From Lingula anatina (taxonomy: Eukaryota; Animalia; Brachiopoda): DNA of 64,000 nt. The notes below the pieces were generated by a model. That model was given only the letters and a program-made list of their open reading frames with translations, was not told the DNA's origin and made no database searches. The stretch covers positions 8,866,001 through 8,930,000 of the forward strand of contig CM120645.1 in NCBI GenBank assembly GCA_051362555.1, written 5' to 3'. Each line of letters begins with the position of its first letter. Positions within the stretch are counted from its first letter, which is position 1. The position numbers were made by a program, and so were the translations under genes. This document shows positions 39,376 through 52,500 of this stretch, in pieces.

Positions 39376-41627
39376 CCTTTCTGCTTTCTGTCCAATATTT
39401 GAATAGAACTTTCTTACCTCAGCCCTAAAAAAAAAAAAAAAAAAAAAAAAAATCACGTCGTCAAATAATAAAATGATTGAGGGAGTTGAACGGGCTGAAA
39501 ACAGGATAAGATTTATTGCACCTTTACAACTGTACAAGAAAATTTGAAAAATTATTTAAAGATATATTTCCAAGTCGTGACATAATACATATCCTGACAG
39601 AGATGTCAGGACTGTCAATTCCAACTATTTTGTTTTTCATATAAAAAAGCCAAAATAATTAAAATGCATTATTTCAAACCGAGAAGAATGCATGGTATGA
39701 TGTACAGGTACGATTATGGCGAGAAATTATTATTCAAGTATATAACACTGCGTGTGAGGGAGGAGGGTATAGATGCCCCCCAGACAGCCGCAACGAAGAG
39801 CAAGTTTCGCGTAGTCAAACGACATTTTAAGGCGACAACAGTCTCCAGAAATTGTTTACGATAGTGGGGCTATATAACAAAAGCGGCCTTGTTTGGCCAA
39901 ATCTCGAACAACCAACATTCTATGTTCCCTCCCTTCTTGTTTTAAATGGGATTATGAAAGTTTGTGGTACACTGGGATGGAGATGCTATGAAAGAAGGTA
40001 GAAGTAGAGGAGGACAAATGCAAGACCGGTGTGGGCGTGCATGCTTTCCAGTGCACACCATATTTGACCCACGGATCAGTTAGTCCTTGGATGAACTTGT
40101 GTGTGAATGTAGCCCTTGATATATTATCACGTGCTTCATCTCTTGTTAACCAGTAGTACATATGAATAATAGACTGCCTTTCTTGCATATAAAAATCTTC
40201 CATTCTATTCTGTCAATGCATTCAACAATCCCCTTGAAAATATTTCACGCCCCATCAAAATAAATCGGCTATCTAAAACGCCCCAAGTAGTACTTAATCA
40301 GTTAACGGAAAAAATGACAAACGCAACATGTTGGTTAATTGTCTTAGGCCAGTGAAGGTCGTTTTTATTTCTGCCTAACCCAAATGAGACTTATATAATG
40401 ATTTTCTTTCAATTAATTGACCCCAAATTGTAAGCGTCCAGCGAGCAGCTGTTATAAACGTCATGACATTTTACTTTTTTGATTGTGAAATCAAACAATT
40501 AACATAATCCTGGAGACATGAATAAATTCGATTCTTGTCTAATACAGAGTACAGTTCTGCACTACAGGCATTTAATCTACTTCCTAACAAAATTATACTT
40601 GCAGTTTAAAGTTTTCAAAATTCTAAATAATTGAATTTGAATAAAAATTATGCTAATTTGCGATTAATAAAACGGTAACCGTATTTTTTTTTTTTTGCTT
40701 TACAACATGACAAATGCACAACATAATACATTCACAACATTTAAACCTTCAAATTCTTTAAAACGGATTAGAATGAATGTCAAATTACGCAAATAACTAA
40801 TCATAAGCCTAGATTACATTTGTCATGCGATGTCCTTACGGTGCAGCCATACTGCCCGCAAATCCATATTCGTTCCGCGTCTGAACGGAGGCAAGCGGCG
40901 ACCTTGCAAAATCTTGTGGAATTCACGGTAACCATAGCCTCTACGATATTGTCAACTAAAAATTTCGTCAAATTTTGAATATCGCAAGCACGTCGGCCGT
41001 GACAATACCACAGATATCTTTGAACATTTCCCGTATGGGTATTGCTCCGTGGACTAGCGGTGATCGTGATGATGGCTGAACCTGTTGTTGGGCTTTTTCC
41101 CTTCCGCCTTTGGTGGTTTAATCGGGCATAACAATAGTAAAAATATCAGAGAAAACTTTGTGTTGATCACTTTCACGAATTTCTAACCACATCGGTGCCA
41201 ATGATCGTAGGGTGATGCACCGACAGCGAATCGATCTTCAAGGAGGCCGCAAGGAAGACGTATGGCAACTGCACTGAAAGGGCTCTGAGCCCCCACTTTT
41301 TAATTTAAAAACTGTTTTTTTGCCTACTTGACCTCAACTTCATGTCGGAGATATGCCAAGGCATCGGCACGAAATGCAAACGTCCTCGCCGTAGCCCGTA
41401 AACACTTACAATCGATGTCAAAAAAATCATAATAAATAAATAAATAAAAATTGCAAAGAAAATCGTATACGATTTCATGGTACTTCGCCGGTGGCAAATG
41501 TAACCTAGGCTTTTACAAAGAACAAATAAATCCTTTCAAACATTGCGTAGAATAATAACATGATCTTCTTTTCCTATTTTAATAAAATTAATATTAATGC
41601 TTAATCTAACTAAAATCATGAAATGTA

Positions 41628-41868
41628 TACACACTGGACAATAGAAGTGTCACCCCCTGAATCAGAGTAATCAAAGTTATTAACCTGAAGAGGCGGAATA
41701 TAAGCAATGTCAGAATATCGATATAGTTTAGTTGTTCAGTCAGAACCGTTTCTTTTGTGAAATTTGATGTTAATAAAATGATACCAGGAGCATATCATTC
41801 CACAGTCATTTATCTCCCCCAAAGTATTGGTTCAGAAGGGGTGACACTTCTATTGTCCAGCGTGTGTA
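41628..41868. mobile_element. MITE with about 28-bp TIRs and TA flanks (Tc1/mariner-like)
   Basis: tacacactggacaatagaagtgtcacccc ... ggggtgacacttctattgtccagcgtgtgta. Confidence 0.75.
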
Positions 41869-42357
41869 GATTACTTGAAATTTACGAATTACACGAATTG
41901 TCAAATGGTCACTTAATCTTTCATCAACGCACGGTGTACCACGGATGATAAAACTCATACAACTTGGTCTGATTCTTAGAAACTCAAAGTCCCATCGATA
42001 CTCGGTTCATACATATATATGTACCTTTCATCGAATAAAAAATCGCTACCATAATATAATCTATTCTAAGTTGGCCCATTTCTGACTTATCCTGAAAAGT
42101 TTATTACTATTAAAGTTAGACTGCTCACTAACAAACAAATCAAGGGTAAAAAACCAAACCTCAAACAACTATTTGAGACGAATTTTGATAAAGCTGTAAT
42201 CGTTTAACCTTATAATAATCAAAACTTAACAACAGGTTAAAACGTACAATACCAATGTATAGCTTGATCAGCCAATGTATCAGCCAATGATCAGCCAATC
42301 AGCCTAGTAGCATCTAATCCTACCTGTATTTCTTTCTTGTAATGCTCTTACCCAGAG

Positions 42358-45300
42358 CTAGAAATCCCTCACCGCTGCCACCGTCGCCATTAACACCAAA
42401 AGCCAAAAGTTACCGTTGTGACCGTTTCCTCGGTTCTGCTTCGGGGTTGAGAGCGTGGTCGAACCATAAAATGGAGTCACAGACCCGAGGTGCGTGGCGT
42501 TCTTCATGCAGGCAGAAAACGAACCTGAACGTATACCAACTGGTCCTCCGGATATCTCCAACTGCTCGTTTTGCAGAGACCCCTCCATCCACGCTTGTAC
42601 CTGGGCGAAATATTTGCGACTTTCCTCGAAATGGGCTAGTCTCAAGCGCAGAGTGACCGCTGTGTTAACGACAAATGTGATGGACGTGTTTTTCGCGCCG
42701 AGTTTCTGACTACAGAAAGTAGCACCTGCCTGAACAGCACTCCGTACAGCTTTCAATCGACTATCTCGTATGATATCATAACAGTCATCTCTTGGTGTTG
42801 GAAGCCAGCCACAGGGTTCAAAGTGCAAGGAAACGACTGACTTCACTACTGTAAAGTTGTACATAACGGGGCGGCAGTCTTGGCCATCGGGAGCAAAACC
42901 AGGGGGGCACAATATCTGTTCGTCTTCAGGCTGGAAAAAAGGCACTTGTGCAGAAGTATATGCATGGCTTTATGATTTACAATTTAGGGCGGCAATTTAA
43001 ATAATTTAAACCAGGACAGAAACTGTTGACAAAAATTACATTATAATATTGACATGACGTGCAGAAGAGCATATTCAAAGTAATGATACCAAACATTTTT
43101 ATCTATATTCAACTTTTATAATATTCCTCATCATTATGAAGATATATCAGTTCGTTTTCTCACCCTAGTCATGACGCCATCGCTCTGCTTCCCGTCTTGG
43201 TCTCCCAAGTACAATAGGGCGCGAAAAGAAAGACCGGGGAATCTTTCTGGCGGCGGTGTTTCATCCTGATCTGAATATAAGATTTTAATATATTGAATTA
43301 ATTAGAGGACATGTGATCCTGGCACACAAGATGAGCTAAAGTTCCTTAACTGATCTTGTTGTTGTAGTTTAAACTCCTAAAAATATTCGTTTAAGTGCGA
43401 GGGGGTCAAAATCAAGCGCGTTTGTCATCGCGAGTCTTGTGAACAAGGAGAACCAACTGCAGTGTGGCAAAAATAAAACCAGTTCGAAGAGCTATTGTTA
43501 TCGTACACTTATCTTTATCTATTCAGTAGACTTTATTTTACATGTATCCTACACACTATGCCTTAAATAAAGATTTTTACTATTTATTGTCAGTATAGCC
43601 AACTTAAAACTTCGTCACTCCATTTGCACGATTTGTGAAAATGACATTTATAAATGTCGCTGTTATTCCCACAAAATTAATTTCCTGGCACAATTTCTAA
43701 AAGTAACAAATGGTGGATGCATTATTCATCAACATTGTTGATTAAAATATTTATTGCCCATACGATAATTTTATACTTATTCAAAATAACGATGTTTCTG
43801 ATCTTTTTTTGGCCAAGTAAATATTAGTCCAGGTTCTTCGTCATGATAGTTTAGAAATGTACCATATTTATGTAACACATATCAAAGCTACGACTAAAAA
43901 AAATAAAAATGAGCGAGTTTATTGTAAAAAATTATTCACGCCATTAATGTACGATTCTGCAAAATTTTACATTTCAAGTTTCTAATATAAAACGCTCCAC
44001 TCACCTTCACAGAGTGTTAAATCAGTGTGATAACAAAGCATGCAGTGGTAGTTCTTGAAACTTTCATCAGAACCGCTAATGACAGGGTTGTTATATGCCA
44101 TGCAGGCATCTCTTAGGGCTGAGTGCAGGGGCCGTGGCCGAGGTACAGGATGCAAGCTTCCATTGATGAAAGTCAACTTACAAGGACCAAAGTCACGGTC
44201 CTCAACTTTCCGGAAGCAAGTTCTTAAATTCCATTCCGGTTTTGGCACGAAAATACCATTACAACTGAGGTCCTTAAACTTTCTTAAAACACAGTCCGAG
44301 GAGTTGCAATTTGCAAAGTCGTCAGCTAGTCCCCTACGGCAATAGACAGCAAGTTCCCACGCTTCCCAGCCGTTCTCGATACCATTACAAGCTGCACAGT
44401 ACTTGTTTCTGAAGGTGATCATTGTATCTGGGTCGGTGACTGGCTGGTACACGAGCGTGTCTTCTATAAGGTCAGTGTTTGAGATATTAGTGCACTTGGT
44501 ACGACTTTCCTCTTCCAGCCAAGACGACGGACACTGGTCCACCATCCAAATGCTCAGTCCAAAATTGTCCATATAGGGTAAAATGGTTTGTTGGTTTCGT
44601 GGAAGTAATGTTGGACTTCTTCTACAGGAGCTTTTATGTGCCAGAGCAATAGACACAGGGTCGACTTGTTCACTTTTCCTCATCCAAGATGATGTTTTGT
44701 TAGGAGATGCGGTCGAATTGGTGCTGTTACTCTGAGTTTCTGTTAAGTTGGTTCCAGGAAATGTTACGAAATCCGAGGTACTTTGCGCCTGTATTAATCT
44801 GACAGACGCACTGCACACTGCCGTTTTTTTTGTAAATCCATAACAGCAGTCTTTATACAGGAAACACAGAGGGTCGCAGTTGCAGTGGATTTTAATGTTG
44901 ACCTGCCTCGATCCGGCCCTGGCACAAAGCCATCGATACGGCATGAGAGTCGCGTCTGTAAGAGAAGTTGGCTCCACTGTTTCAACTGACTCGGTCCTAT
45001 TTGTCGATCCCTCGCGCGATGAATCCTCTTGATTTGGAATCCGCGGAGTTCCCTCGAACATCCTACCTTTTGTACTGGTAATGAGAGATTCTTGTGTGAA
45101 ACCTTCGTGTATTCCACCGTCCCTAATGGGCGACTCTTGTGTGGTACCCTTCTGGATTCTACCCTCAGTAGTGGGCGACTCCTGGGCGTTTCCCTCTTGA
45201 ATTCCACCCTCAGTAATCGGCGCTCTTGTAGTGGATATTTCTTGCATTCCATCTTTAAGATGTGATTCACTCGCGTATCCCTCAACCGTCCAAATCTCTA

Positions 45301-45391
45301 AATCGGGCGAGTTTTGAGTTAATCCGGCAGATTGACCAGTCGTCTGCTGAGCAAAAATCAAAGCGCAGAAAATAAGGTAGATGATCATCAT
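42358..45391 (-). CDS. Secreted or GPI-anchored somatomedin-B + Cys-rich protein resembling the ectodomain of invertebrate SMB-type Methuselah-like/adhesion GPCRs; exons 45391-44005, 43270-43164, 42930-42358
   Basis: Signal peptide MMIIYLIFCALIFAQ; SMB motif CNCDPLCFLYKDCC; PVTD...FRNKYCAACN and FKNYHCMLC motifs; hydrophobic C-terminus FWLLVLMATVAAV; phases 1 and 0 consistent. Confidence 0.8.
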
Positions 45392-46527
45392 GTTGCTGAA
45401 TACAAAAAGCTGTGTTGTTGCAGCACAGAAGTGACGCAGATCAGCGTTTGCTGGCCATTTATACCTTTCCCGCCCTTCTTAAGAGGCAATTTGTTGCCGC
45501 TGAGCAAGAAATTACCTACCTAAACTCGTCGGCGGTCTTGCATAAGTCGTGAGGTATACACTAGAGTAGCGTGCATTGAGAGCTTGTAAACTAGAATACA
45601 AGGAGTCACGGTAGGACATGTCTCTGTAATAGTCACGTTTATTGGGATAATTAGTTTGTTATTTCGAGTACTCCACGTCAACAAGAGTTCCACGGGTAGG
45701 AGATCACTGGCGTCTTATCGATTGCCCAGTGTGTTTTTATACGCAGAATAATACATTGGAGAATTCCAGTAGCGATTGATTGGAACGCCACTCTCTTCAT
45801 CATCCTATGTATGCCGTTGATCATGTATGCAATGAAAAAAATACTCTGGAATGAACCTGATCTGTCCGTATACGACCTCCACAAACAAGTGGAACCGAGA
45901 TGGCATTGCAAGTAAAGTTTATGGTTAGCAAAAGTTATTGGGTTCTTTATATGGGATACAAAAAGGTTTGACTTCATCATTTTTATGTGTTGATCAATTT
46001 AAATTAAAAGTTCAAAAACGTAAGGTCCTTGTGACGAAACTGTGAGCACGTGTAATCTTATCATGTAAAAGTCCAATCTTCATTACCTTGACGGTCAAAA
46101 TCTACCAGCAGGGCGAGGCGTACCTGTACAAATTAATTGGGTTGTGATTTCTATTTACAAATCCTTCTACTGTTACTTGCAGTACAGGACTTTGTGACTC
46201 CCCAAAACTTGTAAATCCGCCTATAGTCAGAACAAATATCATTACTGTTGTTAGCACCAACACCATCCAACAAGTCGGAAATCCGCCAATAGTCAATAGG
46301 TTCTCATCCCTGCCTTCGTGTCCTTGGCCCATATAACTTGTTTTTATAAAATAAAGATGCAATAATTTGTTATTTCTAATCACCAGACTTGTCGAACTAT
46401 TAAACTTCAATTAATGTTAGCCCATAAGCTACTACAAAGAAGTCTCAAGTTAATTTCTAACCGGCGTGAAAGCTGCTGCACATAGTAACACTACAAAATT
46501 GGTATAGATATATATATTTTATTACCA

Positions 46528-46607
<80 letters not shown>

Positions 46608-47271
46608 CACGCACGCACAATATTTAACACTGGACCCTTATTTTGGCTCAATGACATTAAGTGACTTCAGGTATACTGTATGTACCTTAGAGCCTTTGTT
46701 GCCCACTTTTGTAGACATCTCTTCCCATAAAATTCCTTCTGGCCTCAAGATGTTGGATTGGTGTTTTTCGATTAAAAAGCAGGATACCATTTAACAATAT
46801 ACATTGCTGTGCTGCACAAAGGCCTGAACGGATGTTGAGATTGTTTTTCTACCATTTAAACAATCCTTTTTTTAACTAATGAATGTCTTAAATTTCTACG
46901 AGAATTTAGAGCCTGTTAATGATATTTTCATAAGATATTTCCCGTATTCACCAAGTATACCCCCACAAACCTGTGATCTTCAAAATACATATACGATTTT
47001 TCATTTATTTTGTCCGTTATTTATTTATTAGTTTTGGTTGGCTTTAATTGAGTAAAACTGACTTGCAATGTTAGTATCAGTTATATTTCTTTGTTATGAA
47101 TGCTTTAGACTAAAAATCAGAACGTGTCCTTTTTTAGTGACGTGCGCGTTCACCACGTCGTGTATTAAACTCTCCAACTTGAAGCTGTTTTCACAGTGTA
47201 GTGTACTTAGATGCCCATGTTCATTACGCTCACAGCAGTAGCACAATCAGCAGCACTATTCGCGGAACGGA

Positions 47272-47555
47272 GATAATTTTGCTGAATTCTTTATATCATC
47301 ACAAGCCAGACACTTGTGAGCGGAAGCGCGATAATTTTGCTGAATTCTTTATATCATCACAAGCCAGACACTTGTGAGCGGAAGCGCGATAATTTTGCTG
47401 AATTCTTTATATCGTCACAAGCAAGACACTTGTAAGCGGAAGTGCGATAATTTTGCTGAATTCTTTATGTCATCACAAGCAAGACACTTGTGAGCGGAAG
47501 CGCGATAAATTTGCTGAATTCTTTGTATCATCACAAGCAAGACACTTGTGTGAGC
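47272..47555. repeat. Tandem repeat, 58-bp unit x about 5
   Basis: gataattttgctgaattctttatatcatcacaagccagacacttgtgagcggaagcgc repeated head-to-tail without spacers. Confidence 0.95.
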
Positions 47556-48955
47556 GCTTCCTAACTTTTGAAATCCCACAGGGCTCGACATAGCTCGCTA
47601 TCACAAAAGCGAGATAGTTTGTCAAACCGTCACTATAAACTGAGGCCGGGAAGCCACTTTTTTATGTACAGGCGCATCGTGTGTAATGTTAATTTTTCAC
47701 ATATTTGTATTTTGAGGGTACGGCTTTGAACTTCTATGGGCCTGAAGCCCTTTTCAAATTACACAAATAAATAAGCAACACAGTTACATAAAAAATATTA
47801 AATAGGCATTTACTTGCCTTTTACTTCACCCGTCCAACGCAGACGGCCGGAACAGTCTCGAATGAAAACTACTGGTCTCGCTATTCCTCTTATACTAATG
47901 CGCAATACTTAATCTGCGCATCTCAAATTCCCCACCCTATGAACTCATTTTCTCAACCTGACTTGCTTCTCTAACATATTTACGTTGTCTCGTTAAACGA
48001 CAATAAATTCATGTATCTATTGATGTCATATTTTACAGGGAAAAACAGCGAAATTGGAGAGATAACGACGGATTTAGAGACACGGGTGTCTGGCCGAATG
48101 GATTGAAAACATGTCTATGTTCAGGTGGAATAAGGAAGCCAGGCGTCCCTAAACTACCTCTTGTAACAAAATTAATTAATGTAATCTGTTTTATTTTTAT
48201 CATAACTGTCCAGTAAGTAGCGTTAAAAAGTTATATTTATCCTTCAAGTGTTGGTAGCAATCCAGTCAGCAGCTTTCAATGATAGGCCCCTATCGTACTA
48301 TTTTTGTTTTATTATGCTCTTTAAAAGTTCTTGTATATAATCTTGTACTAAATAAAGTCATTCAAATCAGTCTAAGGTTGTTCAAGGTAGTTTTCAAATT
48401 TATGCACCCGGTTTTAAAATCATATAGCAATTTTACGACAATCGTTTACTATCCAATCAAGGTGACAGCCGAGCGTGGGCTCATCCTGTCGGTGTTCTGA
48501 CTGATAATCCGAAATGCGATCTGACACACACCTTGAAAACAGGTAGTGTGGTCCGATATACCGGTTAATTCGGGATCCTTATGTGCCGAATCTGGTAGTT
48601 GGGTGGGCCTGATTATTGCACAGCAAATATTTCGAATTTTTTCAAACAACTCGTTTTGAATGACTTGGCTTTGTCAGAATAATACGTAATAGTACTGCAT
48701 TGAAATTATACTCGATTTAAAGAAACAAAATCTCTGTTGACTGCATTTTTTAAAGTTAACATGCCCGTTGTTGTTTTATTTGGCTTTGTACTTAATGTTA
48801 ACTGCTGTAGTTATGAAGGTATTTGGAGTGCTTTTCATGCAAGCTCTCTTATACACGGGTGGGGCTCCAATTTGAACACGACGTGCCTCGTCATAAAGTG
48901 GCGCGTTTCCCTGTCGCCATTTGCCAAGGGAAGACTTTTCAGATGAGCGAAAGTT

Positions 48956-49423
48956 ATGGAAGCCTCTTGCTGTCATATAACACATTTGGTCTTGTTGCTG
49001 TCTTTTACAGCCTTAGGAATGGGCCAAAGGCTGCGCAGCAATGTTACTCTAATTGACAACGGCTACGAAGGACTTCTCATTGCAATCGGGCCAGACGTAT
49101 CTGAAGATCCTAAACTTATTCCAAGAATCAAAGTAAGTATATAGGACTGTTGTGATTTTGTAAAGGTTGAACGTTTTTTTATGTATTAAGATCATACAGA
49201 GTTTAAAACCCAGTTTACTTGGATTAGGAAAATCTCTTTGTATGCCTTAGACTCTTTTTAGAATATTATTTGGAGAAAGGAAGATAAGGTCATTGTGGGG
49301 ACATGATGGCGGGCGACTGTACTTCCTTGTTGACGCTTATTTGTTAATGTGCTGATTCGCATTTTCTGAATTGCTGAGTTACATTGAAAGCACCACCAGG
49401 TTTATACATATACATGTGTGCGT

Positions 49424-49502
<79 letters not shown>

Positions 49503-52500
49503 TTTCTTTGCATCGATTCGTCTTAACAGTTGTTCAGTTAGATTATGATACATGCTTGAATCCACCAAATTACCGAGTAAGTTTTATTTAAAAATAACGA
49601 TTAAATGTATATAAATAACAGGGGATATGTAGGTTTGGTCATGCAGTAATCCTCTCATTGCTTAAATTAGAATGTGGCATGGGCGAGGAAAAAAGACAGC
49701 GGGCTTCGAAGACTGCATTTATGTTACATGGGCTTTTAATCAATTATATTGCTTTTCGCAGTTACCCAATGTTTACCCCATTACACTTCCTGGTCTGTCA
49801 CAAAGCGTACATTCATTATTAATTGACCCCGATGGAAAATTGGAGGTCAGGTGCAGGCATAGTTTGCGGTCGTTATCATAACACAAATTACCCAATTTCT
49901 TCGTTTTGATTTTAAACCTCCGTTGTAATCTTGGTTAAATCATTCTGTAAGCGTATTGATGTCTTTTCAGTAAGGCCGAGGGTTTCATTTTATCAAGTTA
50001 CTATTGTGTGAAGTCATTCATAGGTTAAAAAAGAAAGATTTAACCTTGCGCTCCTTGTCAAATGAAACATTGAAATGCTTCCCCGTGTGCACTCGTTTTG
50101 TTAGTGCAGCAACGCAGTTGACGCAGTCTGTATTATTTGTTATCCTTCCATAGTAGACATCAGCAACAAACGACTCACGTAGAATTGTTTAAAAAATCCC
50201 AGTCGCTTTATATGCTACCTTAAATTCAATTATATTTCATACCATACCATGTATCTTATACCTGTGCTCCACAGCGACACAACCCACCGTGTACTAGTAT
50301 CTGAAGAAATATTAAATTACGATTGTCGTGCCCGAATCATGGCATATAAAAATAAAGATGAAAAAGCCTCCAATTCAGTAAAATGCACTTATACCAGGCT
50401 ATCGTTTCTTTCACTTGCTCATTTAATAAAAGTCAAGAAAAAAACAGGATTGAATGAAATAAAAAAAATTCGATTTAAACCACGTGGTTTATCTGAAAAA
50501 GACAATACATGATACTGAAACTATTAAAATTTTTATTGGCAAATAACTTTTTTAAAATTAATTCTGTAGGAATACTTCATCGAAATGTCACAGTTACTTT
50601 TTACTGCTACGAAACGTCGAGCCTATCTCCGGAACATCACGATTCTCGTTCCTAAAACATGGGCGAAAAACTCCACGTACGAACAGGCAGGAATTGAAGC
50701 CTTTGAAAAAGCCAATGTGATCATAGACAAGCCAAATGATGTACAAGGTGACAACCCATACGTCAAACAGAAGGGAGAATGTGGACAGCAGGGGACGTTT
50801 ATGCACTTGACTCCCAAATTTGTACTAGACGATGCCGTTGCAAGGCAATATGGGACGCCTCCTGGTAAGTCCATTAAAAACTTTTGTAAAATATAAGAAG
50901 AGTTCTAAACGTGTGATAAATCTGCTTCGAGTGGTGCAATATGCACACTGTCATAATCTAGAAAAAATACATAAATATGACAATCTATATTGAAATTGGT
51001 ATGAATTTTGATGATACTAGTATATGACTAGGTTCCCATACCAAGATCGATTTAACAGGATCGATCCACCTCCACGGGGTTTCTCGTTAAATTGCGTTCA
51101 GGTTAAGCGGCTAAGATGCCTTGTACGCCCATCAAAACTGTTAAAATAGTTAATTACCCCCTAACAGTTTCAGTAGGAGTGCCGGATATATAAGCCTCTT
51201 CAGTTGATTGCAATTTAGTGAAAATTCCCTTGGGAATAGATAGATCCACAGTTAGTGCGATAGGGTCTGGAAATAGTCACTGTGAATAAAATACAATATT
51301 TCCATAAAAAAATTCTGACAGGGGTGTCTGACAAATATATAACATAGACAAAGGTATATTTTGTCACTGTATCTTTAACACTATATCTTTCATATTTCAG
51401 CCAAGACAGTCCTCCATGAGTGGGGACATTTGCGCTGGGGTTTGTTTAACGAGTACCCGGTGGACGAAAATGATGCTCATTTTTACCACGATTCTATATC
51501 TGGAAGAATAGAAGGCGTGCGCTGTTCCAGGGGAGTGACGGGCAAGGAGTATAAGACAGTTAACGACGGTTTAGTGTGGAATTGCAACCCGGGTAATGAA
51601 ACCAACCTCCCAGAAAGTGCTTGCAGGTTCGCCCCTGATGTATACAACAACGAAGGGGCCACCTCTATCATGTCACACCATTATGTGACATCTGTAAGTG
51701 CAGGACGGTACCACTTTGTCTTTGACCATCCCCTGCGAAAATATGTCTCACTTACGGTTCTCAATCTATAACATTTGGTGTATTTTTTTACAGTTCTAAT
51801 GTTGTTCTGTAATATATGTAATAGTTTGATAACTGTTTTTGGGAAGTCCTGTCCTAGAACAGATTAAGGGCCTTTTTCATTAAAAAGAAAAAACATGTTC
51901 TAGAACAGATTGAGAACCGTAAGTGAGCGTTAAATGAGACAAATTTTGGCAGGGGCTGGAATAAAGATAAACATATCATGCAACTCAAAAAGGTCAAAAG
52001 CCAAAACATGCTTAGCATATAAAGGTTTTTAACAGACACAAGAAATGTATCTGAAACCTTTTTTCTCTTTTGCACATCTGTCCATTGAGTCAAACGCATG
52101 GTCGACTGATGAAACATTTAATTGTATTATAATTGGATGGAAGAAATGGGTACAGGGGAGATATGTTACATCTTCATTGACTGTTTGAATGAAAATGATA
52201 TTTTGGTTATTAAATCGGTAAGATGTTATAATAAGTAATATTTTCAAAAGAGGATATATCTATAGTACTATGTACTATTTTTGTTGTGTTTCTACACCCA
52301 CCCAGTGGTGTCAAGATATTGATCGAGATACGCAATTTTTACTGCAGGTTATCGGGTTCTGTGACAATAATAAGACAGATACATTTGACCTACATAACGA
52401 CCAGGCTCCTAACAGGCAGAATAGACTGTGTGGTGAAAGGAGTGCATGGGAAGTCATGAGGGAGCACGAAGATTTTAAGAACAGTAAGGTTCACGTTCCA

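Noticed and set aside
39072-39428. 118-aa Pro-rich ORF
   Set aside because: Coincides with a degenerate minisatellite; no splice or domain support
40830-41410. GC-richer intergenic block, possible transposon remnant
   Set aside because: No ORF, TIRs or termini could be established by eye
47272-47555. CRISPR-like appearance of the palindromic 58-bp repeats
   Set aside because: Units are contiguous with no unique spacers, there are no cas genes, and the context is eukaryotic
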